Source: an uncultured Gammaproteobacteria bacterium (GTDB lineage Bacteria; Patescibacteriota; Microgenomatia; Levybacterales; UBA12049). Taken from it: a stretch of DNA of 64,000 nt. The notes beneath the pieces are model-generated. The model ran no database searches, was not told where the DNA came from, and worked only from the letters and a program-made list of their open reading frames with translations. Below, piece by piece: positions 62,866 through 64,000 of the stretch (positions are counted from its first letter, which is position 1; the number at the start of each line of letters is the position of its first letter). The stretch is from positions 69,949-133,948 of the forward strand of contig CAYMJR010000001.1 in the NCBI GenBank assembly GCA_964391315.1, given 5' to 3'. Made by a program: the position numbers and the translations under genes.

Positions 62866-64000
62866 TTATTTTGCAGAGGCTTTCTTTACATCTTCCAACT
62901 TCCAAGCAGCAAAATCACATTTTGGATAATTACTGCAGCCAAAAAATTTGCGGCCTTTTTTTGTTTTTTTGACAATTACTTTTCCCCCATCTTTTGGACA
63001 TGGGATATTCGTCTCCTCAACAAATTGTTTGGTAAATCTACATTCCGGAAACCTATCACATGAGAAAAATTTACCAAATCTTCCTGTGCGAATAATCAAA
63101 TGCCCCTGATGGCATTGTGGACAAATTTCATCAGTTGTCTCAACTGGAATCTGCACACGCGCTGCTCCTTCAACCTCTTTCAACTTCTTTGCAAAGGGAT
63201 CATAAAATTCTTTCATCATCGCATGCCACTCTTTTTCACCATTTGAAATCGCATCAAGATCATCTTCCATCTGTGCGGTAAAAGGAATATCATCAATAGT
63301 TGAAAAATTGGTAACGAGGAAATCGTTCACAGCCATTCCGACTGTTGTTGGGACAAACCGACGCTCGACTCGTTCGACATAGCCACGGTCAGTAATCGTC
63401 CCGATAATTGACGCATAGGTTGAGGGACGGCCAATACTTTTTTCTTCAAGCGTCTTAATCAAAGATGCATCATTATATCTTGGAGGTGGCGTTGTTTCGT
63501 GCTCCTCTGAGCGGATATTGACAAGCTCCACATTTTCACCCTCGATAAATTTAGGAAGTCTTCGGTCCTCAAGTGCTTGTGGTGTTAATTTTAAGAATCC
63601 ATCAAACAAGAGAATTGATCCTGTCGTTTTGAACCGATAGGTCTTTTCATTGTCAACTGATTCTGCAAGAACAGTTGTTGATTCTATCATTGCATCAGAC
63701 ATCTGACTTGCAACGCTACGCTTCCAAATAAGATCATACAATTTTGCATATGCTTCGCCAAGTTCAGTTTTGACATCTGCAGCGGTTCTTGTGACCTGTG
63801 TTGGACGAATTGCCTCGTGTGCTTCCTGAGCATTTTTTTGCTTAGTGAAATAGCTACGTGGTTCTCCTGGAATGTACTTCTCACCATATTCTTTACCGAT
63901 ATAGTCACGAATTTGTTTGATTGCAACAGGAGAAAATGTAACAGAATCTGTTCTGTGGTAGGTAATAAATCCCTCTTCATACAATTTCTGTGCAACACTC
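62866..64000 (-). CDS. topA: DNA topoisomerase I (C-terminal part; 5' end beyond window)
   Basis: The frame is open to the window end. Active-site region YEEGFITYHRTDS and C-terminal zinc ribbons CPQCHQGHLIIRTGRFGKFFSCDRFPEC and CPKDGGKV...FFGCSNYPKC. Confidence 0.9.
   Translation of the reverse strand, partial: SVAQKLYEEGFITYHRTDSVTFSPVAIKQIRDYIGKEYGEKYIPGEPRSYFTKQKNAQEAHEAIRPTQVTRTAADVKTELGEAYAKLYDLIWKRSVASQMSDAMIESTTVLAESVDNEKTYRFKTTGSILLFDGFLKLTPQALEDRRLPKFIEGENVELVNIRSEEHETTPPPRYNDASLIKTLEEKSIGRPSTYASIIGTITDRGYVERVERRFVPTTVGMAVNDFLVTNFSTIDDIPFTAQMEDDLDAISNGEKEWHAMMKEFYDPFAKKLKEVEGAARVQIPVETTDEICPQCHQGHLIIRTGRFGKFFSCDRFPECRFTKQFVEETNIPCPKDGGKVIVKKTKKGRKFFGCSNYPKCDFAAWKLEDVKKASAK

Overview
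AT-rich, gene-dense bacterial fragment, mostly minus-strand. The reduced, insertion-bearing 16S gene and the gene content look like a CPR/Patescibacteria-type organism (inference). The standard genetic code fits: conserved genes read as single ORFs, and TGA is used as a stop. Housekeeping content: (1) an 8-gene mevalonate operon with an archaeal-style thiolase/HMG-CoA synthase/DUF35 trio; (2) cysS, recR, two tandem prs, ybaB, dnaX, ybeY, rpsU; (3) an ocd-proS operon behind a clear T-box leader; (4) gnd-zwf, rseP, frr-tsf-rpsB; (5) a dTMP/folate/PLP block (glyA, folA, thyA, pdxST, tmk, two dcd-family genes); (6) UDG, a SpoU methyltransferase and a partial topA. RNA genes: a stand-alone 16S gene (54738-57826, minus) split by two roughly 0.8 kb insertions, each encoding a LAGLIDADG endonuclease. 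It is flanked by a bipartite processing stem and its own terminator, followed by tRNA-Cys(GCA) and tRNA-Ile(GAU). No 23S gene lies downstream in the window. Most interesting accessory regions: (a) A surface-protein island at about 38.8-52.5 kb. It holds two GT-C glycosyltransferase-like membrane proteins, twin near-leaderless single-pass membrane proteins, adhesin-like proteins sharing an unassigned 6-Cys module, a three-gene operon combining cohesin-like and dockerin modules (candidate self-assembling surface scaffold), and a divergent gene pair with beta-carbonic-anhydrase-like motifs. (b) A Fic-domain module at 58.1-60.3 kb, flanked by paralogous small proteins. It sits in an array of small genes whose promoters are each preceded, at fixed spacing, by an 18-nt CTCTTA-N5-CTCTTA direct repeat. 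A window-wide pattern is that first genes of transcription units have a -10 box only 6-11 nt upstream of the ATG and no Shine-Dalgarno, implying leaderless or near-leaderless mRNAs. All calls come from reading the sequence and translations by eye. No database search was run.
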